Origin: the human T2T-CHM13v2.0 reference genome, Homo sapiens
Direction: 5' to 3' (one strand)
DNA length: 64,000 nucleotides
Assembly (NCBI RefSeq): GCF_009914755.1
Contig: NC_060935.1
Shown here piece by piece: positions 24,325 to 38,625 of this stretch. The notes under the pieces are model-generated. The model saw nothing but the letters and a program-made list of their open reading frames with translations, ran no database searches and had not been told where the DNA came from. The translations under genes were made by a program, and so were the position numbers. Each line of letters starts with the position of its first letter. Position 1 is the first letter of the stretch.

Positions 24325-25026
24325 GAGTGAAGGGACGTGAAGACTAGGGTGTGCGTGGGATATGGCAGGATTTAGAGAGGTTTTATCTTTCTCTGTCATC
24401 TGACTCCAAGTGGAATTTCGCACAGGTAATAGTCCTGGACGTGGTTCTACTTTTTGTTATTTAGGCTGCTCGGAGGAAGCCCCTTGATTTCTTTTCAAAC
24501 ACTGGAACAATCTCCGAGACAATCAGAGATGTCAACAGCCTTGATAATTGTGCTGCATAGGTCACTGTGTTAGTTCTGCTTCTTTAGCGAGATTAGATTT
24601 ATTATTGTCCCAGGCATGGGTACAGTGTTTCCTATCAAAAGCTATCCCACACATTCTATTCATTATTCTGTCTGCCTGCAGTACTGTCATCAGATGCATA
24701 TCAAATCATTCGGGTAGATCTCAGCGCTGTTTGGAGGAACTTTTTTTTCTGCTTTGTTAACATTAGTATTCGCAGTACTAATGTGGAGGGAGGAGGGGGA
24801 GTGATACAGCTTGTATTTGTGATCAGGAAAACACAGTGTTTTCCTTTAGTGTGATTCCATGCAGTTGTCATGATTTCTAATTTAAAGGTAGAAAAAACAG
24901 GATTCCTCGTTGTTTGACCTGCACCTCCACTTTATGATGGTGATGATGGAAGGTCTTGGTCTTTCCCTTGTGGCTTGGCTCAGTGCAGCAGTGGTGACTT
25001 TTCCATTTGAGCTGCAGCTGGGGTGA

Positions 25027-25327
25027 TGCTGTGGTTTGAATGTGTCTCCCAAAAAGCATGCATTGGAAACTTAATCCCCAACATAACACTGTTGGGAGGA
25101 GGGGCTCCAACCCTCATGAATGGATTAATACCAATTATAAAAGGGCTTGAGGCTGAGAGTTGGATCTTTTGCTCTCTTGCCCCCTTCTTCCATCTTCTGC
25201 CATAGGATGATGCAGCACAAAGGCCCTCACCAGATGCTGGCACCTTGATCTTGGACTTCCCAGCCTCCAGATCTGTAAGAAATAAATGTCTTTTCTTTAT
25301 AAACTACCCACTCTGTGGACTGAGACA
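25027..25327 (+). mobile_element. MSTD-like MaLR solo LTR with internal deletions
   Basis: tgctgtggtttgaatgtgtc...ggactgagaca; TSD ggtga/gatga. Confidence 0.8.
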
Positions 25328-25524
25328 GATGATGAGCTTGACTGCACATTTATGCTGTGCTGGGGGCATCTTACATCTCTGTCTCCCTGAGTCCCGGTCT
25401 GTTGAAGAGGATGATCTTGCACACAACATTCCTGAGTCATGTGGAGTGTTTCCTATAGGGGAGAAAAGGGCGTGCATTTGTGTATCAACTAAATTGTTGC
25501 TTTTATATGTAGAAATAATGATGG

Positions 25525-26050
25525 AGAATTGTCATTTTAGTTGTCTGACATCTGTTTTCCCTCCTAAGAGCACGTCATTCTCCTTTTGGGGAACTACCTC
25601 TTCCCTAGTGCCACAGTTCCGAAGTTGGGTAAGGCTGGTAACCAAGTGCCCTGTCCTTCCCTAGCCAAGGGGCAGACTTGGGAATCAAACTAAGCTGATA
25701 GTCCCATCACTCCCCTGGAATTTTAGCTTGATCATTGTGACCCAGGGACTGAGGATGATTGGAGTGCAGTCATTGTTAACAGCAGATACCCAGTGACAGC
25801 AGTCCTATCCCAGGGCAATTAAACCAGAATCTTAGAGGATGGGGTCAAGACATCAATCTTCTTTAAAAGCTTTAAAATCTCCCTTGGTGATTCCAGTGTG
25901 CAAGAAGGGTAGGACCACTGCCAGAGAGGCTGCTTCTAGAACCTCCAGAACTGCCTTGGTTTCCATGCCTAATTTGCCATCCTTCTTGTTGATTCTATGG
26001 GTTCCTAAAAGCCTTCCTTGAAATGCTCAGATTACTGAAGTTTATCACTG
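25525..26050 (+). mobile_element. Possible ancient ERVL-type LTR with a MER5-like piece (~25815-25920)
   Basis: Degenerate LTR-like motifs; 'ccagaatcttagaggatggggtc...cccttggtgattccagtgtgc' resembles MER5. Confidence 0.3.
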
Positions 26051-26960
26051 TTGATTTTGTTTTTTGTGACACATGACCCTAATATTGAAATGAAAAGCAA
26101 TTATATAGATATGTTTTACTCTGAACCCAATGCAAGAAAACCAAAACTTAATGGATTTGACAGCTTAAAGCCAACAAATATGCTTCCATTCCTAATGGAA
26201 AAGCCAAATCCACTCATGGAAGGGGTAAGCCCATTATACCACCAACACAGAGTGGGGATTTGCATGGTGTTAGGAAAAATTTTTCAGAATCCCTGGAAGG
26301 CTTAAGGAAAAGGACTGTCTAAGTACCAACATATTCGTTTTTCTTCTCTAGACCTGCTAGAGATTACTTAACATGTAGCCAGATAGCTCCTTACTGGCAG
26401 CAAATGTATAAATCAGGGACTTTGCAGATCCTCTTCAAAGAAGGTTGGCAACAGGAGGACTTTCTGGACCTTTAAAGAGTTTCCAAGTGCCTTAGATTTT
26501 CCAGTTGGCATCACAGGAGAGGTAATTGCATTTTAGAGAATGAGGGTGCTAAGTGGCCAGTGAAATGGAAATTTTTCCAAAAGCCAGATTTCATTTTGAT
26601 TGTGTTGCAAATCCGGAAAAGAGCCACTTTGGCTCGATGCTGCTTCCCAGGTGCATGGCTGAATTTCAGGCTCTGAACAGAGGTGCAGAGGTGTCTCATA
26701 CAGCTTTTGTGTGAGAAGAACGATTTGTCTTTTGGTGGTCCATGCTATGATTGATTTATTTACATTCGTGGTCACATCAGTCGTAGTCAAATATTGAAGC
26801 AGAGTGATCTTGATAGGAGAGAAATGCGTTCTTTGTTAAGTGCTAAGACAGGAGAAGTATACCTTGTTGTAAACAAGATTCACACACGTCTAGGCCTTGG
26901 GAATTGTCAAGTGCCTTAGGCCACTTTCAGAGATCAGAAGTTAGAATGGCATTTGCTACT

Positions 26961-27840
26961 TTATTATTATTATTATTATTTTAATGTTTGTATTTTTTTA
27001 TTTTTATTTATTATTATTATACTTTAAGTTTTAGGGTACATGTCCACAATGTGCAGGTTAGTTACATATGTATACATGTGCCATGCTGGTGCGCTGCACC
27101 CACTAACTCGTCATCTAGCATTAGATATATCTCCCAATGCTATCCCTCCCCCATCCCCCCACCCCACAACAGTCCCCAGAGTGTGATGTTCCCCTTCCTG
27201 TGTCCATGCGTTCTCATTGTTCAATTCCCACCTATGAGTGAGAATATGCGGTGTTTGGTTTTTTGTTCTTGCAATAGTTTACTGAGAATGATGATTTCCA
27301 ATTTCATCCATGTCCCTACAAAGGACATGAACTCATCATTTTTTATGGCTGCATAGTATTCCATGGCGTATATGTGCCACATTTTCTTAATCCAGTCTAT
27401 CATTGTTGGACATTTGGGTTGGTTCCAAGTCTTTGCTATTGTGAATAATGCCGCAATAAGCATATGCGTGCATGTGTCTTTATAGCAGCATGATTTATAG
27501 TCCTTTGGGTATATACCCAGCAATGGGATGGCTGGGTCAAATGGTATTTCTAGTTCTAGATCCCTGAGGAATCGCCACACCGACTTCCACAATGGTTGAA
27601 CTAGTTTACAGTCCCACCAACAGTGTAAAAGTGTTCCTGTTTCTCCACATCCTCTCCAGCACCTGTTGTTTCCTGACTTTTTAATGATTGCCATTCTAAC
27701 TGGTGTGAGATGGTATCTCATTGTGGTTTTGATTTGCATTTCTCTGATGGCCAGTGATGGTGAGCATTTTTTCATGTGTTTTTTGGCTGCATAAATGTCT
27801 TCTTTTGAGAAGTGTCTGTTCATGTCCTTCACCCACTTTT
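26961..27840 (-). mobile_element. Young 5'-truncated L1PA2/PA3-like LINE-1
   Basis: Close match to the young L1 3'UTR; carries the non-Ta 'taactcgtcatc' (GAG) variant; abuts the tail of the neighbouring Alu. Confidence 0.93.
27221..27832 (-). pseudogene. Uninterrupted C-terminal 203 aa of L1 ORF2p (CCHC region), non-functional fragment
   Basis: RCWRGCGE...HCWWDC...[11 protein letters not shown]...[10 protein letters not shown] is the canonical ORF2p end. Confidence 0.93.
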
Positions 27841-28139
27841 ATTATTATTGTCATTTTGAGATGGAGTCTTGCTCTGTCGCCCAGGCTGGAGTGCAGAGGT
27901 GAGATCTCTGCTCACTGCAACCTCTGCCTCCTGGGTTCAAGCAGTTATCCCTGCCTCAGCCTCCCGAGTAGCTGGGATTACAGGCTCCTGCCACTACACC
28001 TGGCTAATTTTTGTATTTTTAGTAGAGATGGGGTTTTGCCATGTTGGGCAGGCTGGTCTTGAACTCCTGACCTCAGGTGATCCACCTGCCTCGGCCTCCC
28101 AAAGTGCTGGATGACAGGTGTGAGCCACCATGCCCAGCC
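27841..28139 (-). mobile_element. AluSx-like
   Basis: Full dimer, 'tcctgacctcaggtgatccacctgcc'. Confidence 0.93.
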
Positions 28140-28579
28140 ACCACTTAAGAATGCCAGATCTCTCTTCACCCACAGGCAAACAACCCTTAGAGTCACAGGA
28201 CTTCCTGATAATATCTATGAAGGTAGGGGCTTAGGACCCCAGGATTTCTGGGTGCGAAGTCACTGGAGGGGTCGTCAGCAGCTGCTATTCATACAGTGCC
28301 GGCATCTCTTTTGCAATATGCTTGCTGGTCTAGTGCACATCTTGGCTGAAATGCCCAGAGCGCAGCTCTTGAATTCTACCCCCAGACATGTTCTTCCCAT
28401 TTCAGTGTGGATGGCTTCCAACTCTATCCCCTTGTCAGCATTTCCACTACCACTCTTCATGCTCAATCATGGTAAACCTTGGCAGACCACTGTAAGGCTT
28501 CCCAACAACTTGTCTTGCTTCCACTCTTGACTTCAACAACAACCCGCTCCCACCCCACTGCCCAGCTGCCCAGCACTGC

Positions 28580-29150
28580 AATTTCTGCTCCACAGTACAG
28601 CCAGAGTATCTTTTAAATATGCTCCTCAGATTGTGTAGCACTGCCTCTAAAAGCTTTCCATCTCAGTAAAATAAAACCCAAGCTCCTATGGTGACCATAA
28701 GACCCTGTGATCTAACTCCTCCTGCCTCCTTTCTAATCTTACTTTGTATAATTCTTCCCTTTGCAAATCATGTTCCAGCCACAGTAACTTTCTTTTGGTT
28801 TCTTAAACACACCAGCCTCCTTTCAACCTCATTTCTACCCCCACAAACCCTTGCAACTGGTATTCTTTCTGCCTAGAATCTCTTCCTCAAATCTTCCCAT
28901 AGCTACTACCCCTTACCACTCACACGGTAGCTCCAATGTCACCTCTTCGAGAAGCCTTCCCTGGCCCCCCAATTTAAGGTAGCCTGGCACTCCCCAGCAC
29001 CTCATCTTACTTTAGCTTCTTCATAGCACTTACCACTTTTGGGTCCTATTTAACTTTTTCCCCATTAGAACCTAAATGCTGCAAGAGCAGGAACTTAAAA
29101 AAAAATTTATTCTTGTGTCACCAGTATTTAAGATACTTTCCAGCACAAAG
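28580..29150 (+). mobile_element. L2 3' region
   Basis: 'ccacagtacagccagagtatcttttaaa...ttctgcctagaatc...gaagccttccctg...cagcacaaag'. Confidence 0.75.
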
Positions 29151-29739
29151 GGGATAATAATAGGCCTCAGTAAAACCTAATATGCAGCCTCAACATTCAC
29201 CAACTAACTTAAGTTGCCATGCCCCAAAATGTGACCTTCTTAATAAGCAAGTGATATTCCTTTCTAGAAAACTAAAAAGTCATTATTGCAGCCCATAATA
29301 AAACTCGTTTGTCTTGGGGCCCCATTTAGGTATGATGTCCTTTTTGGAGAAATGTCACCCTAGCCCCCAAAATAATAAAAAAAGAATTAGAATCTTTACT
29401 GCAATTTGATGCAAAAACCCCAAAGCACCATAAAACTTCTTAAACATTGTCTTTATTTATTTGGTTCTTTTTTAGTATATCTGGAAGGATGGAGGGTTGC
29501 AACCTATTTATCAGTGCTTTCATTTGTTCCTATTTACATTACGAAAACATCTTGAAAATCAAAATATAAAAAAGAACACAACAAAACAAGGCAGTATTCT
29601 ATCAGTAAAAACATTTTATATTTACTTAACCTTTCTTCAGAATTACCACTAAAGTTTGTGTTGAAGAAATATGTGTACACAAAATAAAAGTCCATTAAAA
29701 CTTAAATATGCAATTAAAGTAACAGCTCTTGCACTACAT

Positions 29740-29883
29740 GCCAGATCTTGGTGTTTATTTGAGCTACGGTGCCATTCTGATCTGGATTCAAATCCCAGTT
29801 CTGTCATTTGCTGTGAGCATGATCTTGGAAAACTTACTGGAGTTTCTCTGAACCTTATCTCCTCATCTATAAATACTAGTAGT
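29740..29883 (+). mobile_element. MIR 5' half
   Basis: 'gatctggattcaaatcccagttctgtcatttgctgtgagcatgatcttggaaaa...cctcatctataaa'. Confidence 0.7.
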
Positions 29884-30109
29884 GGCCGGGCATGGTGGCT
29901 CATGCCTGTAATACCAGCACTTTGGGAGCCTGAGGAGGGAAGATTGCTTGAGGCTAAGAGTTTGATACCAGCCTGGGCAGCATAGGGAGACCCAGTCTCT
30001 ACAAAAAATAAAAATAAAAAAATTAGCTGGGCGTGGTGGCATGCACCTGTGGTCCCAGCTACCTAGGAGGCTAAGGTGGGAGGATTGCTTGAGCCCAGAA
30101 GGTCGAGGC
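29884..30109 (+). mobile_element. AluJ truncated at its 3' end
   Basis: Left arm, linker and part of the right arm; stops at ggtcgaggc with no tail. Confidence 0.88.
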
Positions 30110-30299
30110 CACCACCCATGGGGCTTGTCCCGGATTCACTCTGCCCTTCTTCCTCTTTCCAATTTTTTCTCTGAACCTGAACCCGATGGCTGCACTGAGA
30201 GGAGAATTTTCAGTGGTGGTTCCTGCTCTCATTGGAATACAGTGTGTGGTTTGCTTTATCCAGCTGGCAGGCCCCTTTATGCCCTTTTGATGTATCCCA

Positions 30300-30682
30300 T
30301 TCCACAGGGCACAGGGGAGATGGCTAGTATATGCTTCACCATGTCTGGGATGGCTTAAACAGTGAGGACCAACTTGGATAGCTACATGGTTCCACTATGT
30401 TGCTAACTTAGCTTTCCTCATAGCATGGAGGTCTCAGGGTAGTTTGGCTTCTTACATGGCAGCCGACTTCATCCCAGCAAGAAAACAGAAGCTGCCAGGA
30501 CTTTTAAAGCCTGGGATCAGATGTCCTAGAACATTTCTTCCATCACATTCTATTGTCAAAGCAATAACAAGGTCAGCCTAGATTCAAAGGGGGTGAAGGA
30601 GACTGCACATCTTGATGAAGTGTATGTATACAGGGAAGGGAGGAATTGTTGGCAGTCTTCTTTGGTGGTGATCTACCATAGT
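30300..30682 (-). mobile_element. MLT1 (G/H-like) LTR fragment
   Basis: 'ttcctcatagcatggaggtctcagggtag...cttacatggc...agattcaaaggggg...tctaccata'. Confidence 0.7.
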
Positions 30683-31289
30683 GAGGAATCACCCATTTTC
30701 TTCCTGCAGAGGGGCGAGGAAAAGGAACAGTGAATTCCCTGCAAGACCATTGCTCTGGTCCCTAGCTTTCTTCTTACGTTAGCCAGTGATGGTGATGGGG
30801 TGGGAGAACTGAATCTCCACCCTGATGACTCTCAAAGAGCCCTGTGAGGAAGTGCAGGTTGTCGAACCAAAGCTGGTAGCTCTTTGAAATTAAACATGAA
30901 TATGTAGAGCCTTTTGTGCTCAGTTTTTTTTTTTCTGAACCATTGCACTGAACAATTAAAATACAAATCCCACTTGACATTCTGCTGCATAGAAAAGGTC
31001 CTCCTTCCTCTTTCCCATTTCAGTTTCTTGGTTGTTTTCTTCATCCATCTTATATCAGCAAGTTAGCCTCTGTGTCCAAACTCAGGAACTGAGTAGATTC
31101 AGTTACTTATCAAGTAAATCGCTACCATCTGATCTTTGATTACTCTAAAGAACTTTGGTTAATCTTTTGAAGCTCAGAGAGCCCTGAATGCGTGAGGTGG
31201 CATCCCTCACTAACTAGACTTGTGTACAAACTCTCATAGGTTTAAGTAGTGAGGGTTGCTTATAGTTTATTTATTGGGGTATTTTGGGG

Positions 31290-31430
31290 AGGGGGATTTG
31301 TGTTCTCACACTAGAATGTAAGCTTCTTTGAAAGTAGGGTATGTATCTGTCCCAGTCCTATGGTTTAGCACAGTTCTTGGCACAGAATAGGTGTTCAATA
31401 TTAGTTGTTGATTGAGTGGGTGAATAGAAT
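31290..31430 (+). mobile_element. L2 terminal fragment
   Basis: 'ctagaatgtaagcttc...ggcacagaataggtgttcaata'. Confidence 0.7.
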
Positions 31431-32084
31431 GGTATATGCAGAGGCTCACTGTTCCCTGAAGCCAGAGTGAACACCCCCATCTCTCCGTCTGGGTTTTGTG
31501 TAGTTGGTTTTTGGATCAACTTGTAGGACCTTGGAATTATCTCACTTCCACGTCCCCTTCTTAGATCCAGCCCATCATTTCATCACATTGTAATCGTTTT
31601 GGGTTGTACCCAAGCCATTAGATACTCTCTGACCTTCCTCAGAACCATTTATTTGATAAATGTGCATTTATGGAGCACTTACTATGTGACAGCCCTATGG
31701 TAGTGATAGTGGGTAGAGTGAGAAAGAAATGGAAAACATGGTCCTGGCCATTAGATAAGTTCTTCAAGGCTTTTGATGTATCTGATTTTTTTGGTTTGGC
31801 TTTCAAGGCTCTCTGGAGTTTGGCTCTTGCTCTTCCTCATCCACATATCCAACTCCCTGCATCCTACCCTTCTTCTTTCACTGATACCAGGGTAGCCTTC
31901 TCACTGTCTCAGATATTTGGCAATTAATTCTCACCTTAGTGTTCTGTTGCCTTCTACCTCTCACTCAACCTGCAGTAAGCAGTTATTATCCTAATTTTAC
32001 AATAAAAATTTTGAGATTTCTTATAAAGGAGAATTTAGACTGGCTTTTTCAGGGTGTTAGGAAATACTAGCTTGATTTTATACG

Positions 32085-32272
32085 TTAAAAAAGAGGCTTA
32101 GAGAGAGGTTAAGTAACTGTTTCAAGATCGAGTCAGGATTTGAATCTAGGACTTTCTGGCTCTAAATCCAGTGCTGTTGTAGTACTGATATGAGAATTAA
32201 ATGAGATGAAGTGTATATAAAGACTCTCAAAAAGTGCCTGGCACATACGGGCACTCAGAAGTATTAGTTTCC
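32085..32272. mobile_element. Two adjacent opposite-orientation MIR fragments
   Basis: Minus piece 'gagaggttaagtaac...ggatttgaatctagg' then plus piece 'gagaattaaatgagat...gtgcctggcacata'. Confidence 0.7.
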
Positions 32273-32431
32273 TTATAGAGAAGTCAAGTTCATTCAGCAT
32301 TAATAAAGCAAGCAAGCCAAAAAACCAACTTATGAAATATTCTTCATTAAAACTCAAGTCATAGCAAAATACAGGAATTGCTGTGGAGTCTTTCTTAATC
32401 TGAACAACTGCATTCCTCATAGTTTGAGTCA

Positions 32432-32690
32432 TAAAGTGATGATAGAAGGAATAAGTTCTAGGATTCAGTAGTACAGTAGGGAAATTATAGTTAACAGTAG
32501 TTTATTATATATTTCAAAATAACTGGAAAAGATTTGGAATGGTCCCAACACAAAGAAAAAAATAAATGTTTAAAATTATGGATATTCCAATCACCCTGAT
32601 TTGATCACTACATATTGTATACAGGTATCAAAATTCACTTGTACCCCCAAAATATATACAAATGTTGTATATGAATAAAAGAGAAAAGAA
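32432..32690 (+). mobile_element. L1MA 3'UTR fragment
   Basis: 'atagaaggaataagttctag...cccaacacaaagaaa...ccctgatttgatcactaca...aataaaa'. Confidence 0.85.
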
Positions 32691-33319
32691 ATGTAGGCAA
32701 CACCTTTTCATTAGTTTATTATAAATATAATATATGAAATACTTTTTACACAAATATTACCATGTTAAAATGCTCAGTAGATAGAGGTTTTGTTACTGTT
32801 ATACCAATTGCATTGTGTTTAGTTTGTGATCTTATTAAAAGTCATAATTTTGCTAGTAAGTAGAGACAAATTTCCAAAAAAAAACCAAAGACATACTCCT
32901 CCAATCCACTTATTGCTGTCCGTGGTGCTGAAACATCACTGCCTATCTTCTTCCAGGATTATGATCTAAATGTCAGGATAAGGAGTGTTAACAAAGAAGA
33001 GAGACCAGAGACTAGGGCAAAGGCGACTGAAGCTATTGGAAAGGCCTATTTGCCTACAGAAATTTCCAGGGAGAAAAGAAGACAGACCTTTGTTTGCTAT
33101 TCTTTTCAAATACAGACATCCTTTGTCATTCAAAATTAGAAATCAAATGGCTACAAATACATTTTAAGATCAATCCCTTGTTCTCCAAACCTTTCTTGCT
33201 GGTGCTGTCAAAAAATTGGGAATTAAGCAGATTTAGATAACATATCTCTCACTGTCCAAAGTTGTTATTCAGTCTCAGAAATGGAAATAATTTGGATAAT
33301 GAAGGATAGTTATCATTGC

Positions 33320-33530
33320 AGTTCATTTATTCTAGTACTATTTGTTGAGTCTTCTATATTCCAGGAACTGTATTTGGTAATCAGACATAGAGTGGTGAAC
33401 AAGAAGGAGAAGGTAACTGTTGTCATGGGGATAATATTTTTGTGGGAGAAGACTGAATGAAGATAAATAAATGTAAATACTTTGAGATACTTAGTACTAT
33501 GAAGAAAATAAACAGCAATTACCAAGAAAG
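33320..33530 (-). mobile_element. L2 fragment
   Basis: 'ttcatttattctagtactatttgttgag...ggtgaacaagaag'. Confidence 0.6.
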
Positions 33531-33581
33531 ATAATTATCTTTTTTTCTGAGAATTGTATATGTGGAGAATAGTGTAGATGG

Positions 33582-33812
33582 TTAATAATAATAATAATAA
33601 CTAATATTTACTTAGTGCTATGTGTTGCCAGGCACTACTCTGAGTATCTTACCTTTATTGACTCATTTAATTACAACTCCAAGGTAGCTACAATTATCCC
33701 CATTTTATAGATGAGACAGCTGAGGCACAGGAAGGTTAGGTTCTGCCCAAGGTCGTTGGTAAGTCAGTGGTAGAGCTGAGATTTGAGCCCAGAGATTCTG
33801 GCCTCAGAGCTT
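33582..33812 (-). mobile_element. MIR SINE with (AAT)n tail
   Basis: 'attatccccattttatagatgagacagctgaggcacag...gagatttgagccc'. Confidence 0.85.
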
Positions 33813-34574
33813 ATCTCAGAATCTGAGATGCCCAGAAGCCAGTGGTGAGGGAGAGAGGAAGATGATATGGGAGGAAAGAATGAGGGAAGCAAATTCTCCA
33901 AGCACACACAGAGAGATGGAATTCAGAAACTTAGGAGAGAGGGGACTTTCGAGGGAGTTCATGCAGAACTTTGCATTTTGCTTTTGCAGAGGTTAGCCTT
34001 CTGGCCTTCATGAATCAATCTTCATTTTCCCCTCTTGTTACACCAGTGATTCTGTTGCAGAGGCCTGATTCCTAATGAGATTCTGTTCCACTAGCTTCTG
34101 GGTAGAGCTACATCGCATCACTCATGAGAAGTCAGCTTTAATCGGGGATTTTTATGTTGCTACCTTCAGGCTTGGAGAGGAACTTGAAAGACAGGGAGAG
34201 AGACCGAATGCCAGTTTGGTTTATGGGAAGTATTGCACCGAAAGCTTTTAACACCTCTCTAGCTTATCTATTTTTCCTCTGTGGAAAAGAAACGTGGTGA
34301 TATTTGAACTGGCTTCTCCCTAATCTGTTCTCAGGCACACTTGCTTTGCGGTCTTCTTCAGTTTCTCAAGTTGAGTTGACCATGGAGCTTATTTCATTGG
34401 GTGCCATTTGTCCTGGAGTTTCAGTGTTTTATTTAAAATATCAAACACAAGATGACATTTAATGGGAAGACTGATATCTCCCACTTTAAGTGTTACAGAA
34501 GCCTAATAAACAAATGCCAAATACAGGTATATCAAAGAAATTGTTATCTTTATTACCAAAATATGCTTCATGGA

Positions 34575-34820
34575 GTATAGTGTGGTTTCATGGAAAGAGA
34601 ATGAGCTTCTAAGTCAGTGAGACCTGGGTCCAGACCTCAGATCCACCACTTGTGAACTGTGTGACCTTGAGAAAGTAACATAATCTTAGAGCTTTTGCCA
34701 CCTTGTTTCTTAAAATGGAGATAAAACGTAACCTTGTACAGTTGTCTGTCAAGGTCAGATGAGATTGTAAACAGATAAAATTCCTAGCACAGTGGCTACC
34801 AATGGTAAATACTAGTCAGT
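34575..34820 (+). mobile_element. MIR SINE
   Basis: 'agacctgggtcc...ctgtgtgaccttgagaaagt...aaaatggagata'. Confidence 0.75.
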
Positions 34821-34824
34821 CTCT

Positions 34825-35405
34825 TCTTTTTTAACGCAAACTTTATATGAAGTATAACATACGTAATAGAAAAATGCACACACTGTAAGTATATAACTTG
34901 ATTAATTTTCAAAAACAAGCACACCTGTGTAATTAGCACCTAGATCAAGAAACAGAACATTACTAGCTCACCTGAAGTCCCCCTCATGCCACCTTTTTCT
35001 GATCATTCAACTTACCATAGATATGTTTTAAACGTTTTGAGATTAATATAAATGGAATTATAGAGTATGTCCTCTTTTTTGTCTGGCTTCTCTTGTTCAG
35101 CATTATGTGTGTGAGTTTCATTAATTCATGTTGGCATGTGTATTTGTGATTCTTTCATCCGAATCATTGTATACTATTCTATTGTATCACAATGTATTAA
35201 TTCATTCCTCTGGCAATGAGCATTTGAGTGGTTTCCTTTTTAGCTATTAAGAATTTTGCTGCTAATCATTATTCCAGTACATGTCTTTGGTGAACATGTG
35301 TAGTCATTTCTATTGTATATGTATGTGTTTCCATTGAGAATATTTCTAGAAGTGAATGGCTGGGTCATAGGATCTGCATATGTTCAAGTAGTTTTGCAAA
35401 GAGGC
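34825..35405 (-). mobile_element. L1ME-like 3' fragment
   Basis: 'gaagtataacatac...gatcaagaaacagaacatt...gtctggcttctcttgttcagcatt'. Confidence 0.75.
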
Positions 35406-35856
35406 AAAGTAGTTCTCCTTCCTTTTCCCTTTACAAAGGAATTTACCTCAAAGTTCTTTTAAATAAGTGAGATAGTACATTTATCACATAAGTCTATTTA
35501 ACAAAATCTAATTGATAACCTTTGGTGATATTCCCATTATATAAAGTGAAATATGTCTGGCTGTACTTGTAACTTTATTTCTGAGGGTTCCTTTACTTGG
35601 GAATTTCTCTCTCTTGACCACCAAAAAGTCATTTGACAACTGGATTCACTGTTTATTCCAGGCTTTTCTCACCTCACAATTCTGTGAATGTAACCCTTCA
35701 ATTATTAACTTGTTCTCACTGAATCTTGGCTTGCTTTTCCAAAATGCAGCAGGAATGGTCAACAGGGTAGCCCCACTTTCATTATTCAGCTCTGATGACA
35801 TTCACAAAGTTTTGCCTTCAAACTGCCTAAAGAATTGTTATATTAAAATCTTCCCC

Positions 35857-36151
<295 letters not shown>

Positions 36152-36294
36152 TTAATCATGTAGTTTTTCTTCTGATGTAAGAACTTTATTTCTTATCTTT
36201 ATCATCATCACTTATTGTTTGCCTACTGTGGACAGAGTAAATCACTTTTACATGCATTATTTTATTTAATTTTTATAGCAAACCAATCAAATAG

Positions 36295-36942
<648 letters not shown>

Positions 36943-37754
36943 GATTGTTGCAGATTTTTCAAACCAAGGTGTAGACAAGTTAAGTTGCCCAAAATCACAT
37001 AGCTTGTAAGGTTCTAACAATAGCACTCTGAAGTCAGAGCTGTTTCCTTCTGTCATACATCCTCACATCTCTGTATCCTCCTGCTCGCCTCAGAAGAATT
37101 TCCAAAGAGCTAAACAACCCAGACTCTCTGAAGGGAATCTTAACATGTGAGTGTTCCAGTCACTCAGGTTCATTAGTTGGTTGTCAGGAGAATCTCCAGT
37201 GAATGCCTCTTATCTGTGCTTTTAGTCAATGATGATTGAAAACTTTGCAGTAGTAAGCTCCTTGTTTCTCATCTCTCCTTGCCAACCAGCTCAACATTCT
37301 GCTGCCAAGACAACGTTTCTCTTCTATCCCTATCACATGATGCCCCCGTGCTTGATTGACAGTGGATTCCAAATTAATTCTAATTGTTTTGTGTGTTAGA
37401 AATGCAGGTTATTCTCCACTCCTGCCCTGGCCTCTCCCCATTTCCCTCTTACTATCTTCTGTTCCCACTCTCGTCAAAGTGAGTCTTCACTTATATCTGT
37501 TCATTCCCCTGTTGTTTCTGGTCTGAGCAAAGCAATGGGACAGTTTCTTTCTTTCACCATCTGTGCTCTCTGGGAGGTTAATGTAGCAATATTTGTAACA
37601 ATTAGTAAAAAGGAGTCTTCCCTTTGATCCTTCGCACCTGTAGCTACAGTTCCCAGTTTGCTTTTTTATGGCCAGATTTTTGGCACCTGGGAGTATGATT
37701 CCAGGACTTCAAAATATTTCAGTAGCAAAGTGAAAGATTCTAATGTTATACGAT

Positions 37755-38020
37755 AATAATCGATTATATTTATTGAGTACTCACCATGTGCTAAGCTAAT
37801 TACCATAATTACTCAGGGTAAATTATGTATATCATATGGTATCTTATTTTCATCAATACCATAATCTTGTGAGTTGTCATTATCCCCATTTTACAGATGA
37901 GGAAATTGAGTCAGAGAGAAGTTAAGAAATTTACCCATGGTTGTCAGCTTAAAAGTGGCAGAGCCAGGATTTGAACCCAGGCAGTCTAACTCTAATAACT
38001 GTGTTTACTTGTTATGCTGA
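37755..38020 (-). mobile_element. MIR SINE
   Basis: 'attatccccattttacagatgaggaaattgag...gagccaggatttgaacccaggcagtct'. Confidence 0.9.
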
Positions 38021-38304
38021 CTTACCCAATGGTAGATACCTTAGGTTCTGGAAAGAGCTCTGCACCTGAAGTTAGGAAACTGGAGTGGGCCCTGGCTCTG
38101 CCCTTTATCAGTTGGCCTTTTAATGGGGAGGGGATGCCCAGTTTCCTGAGTATTGTCTTCCTCATTGCTCTCCTTGAGATGCAGTTAGTCTAAAGCTGAT
38201 TCAAAGCACATGCTGGGGCTGCAAGGCGCTGGAGTTAGAAAACCATCTGATATTCTGTAGTACTGATGGTTTGTTTCATCACCATTTCTGCTATATCCAA
38301 ACTA

Positions 38305-38625
<321 letters not shown>

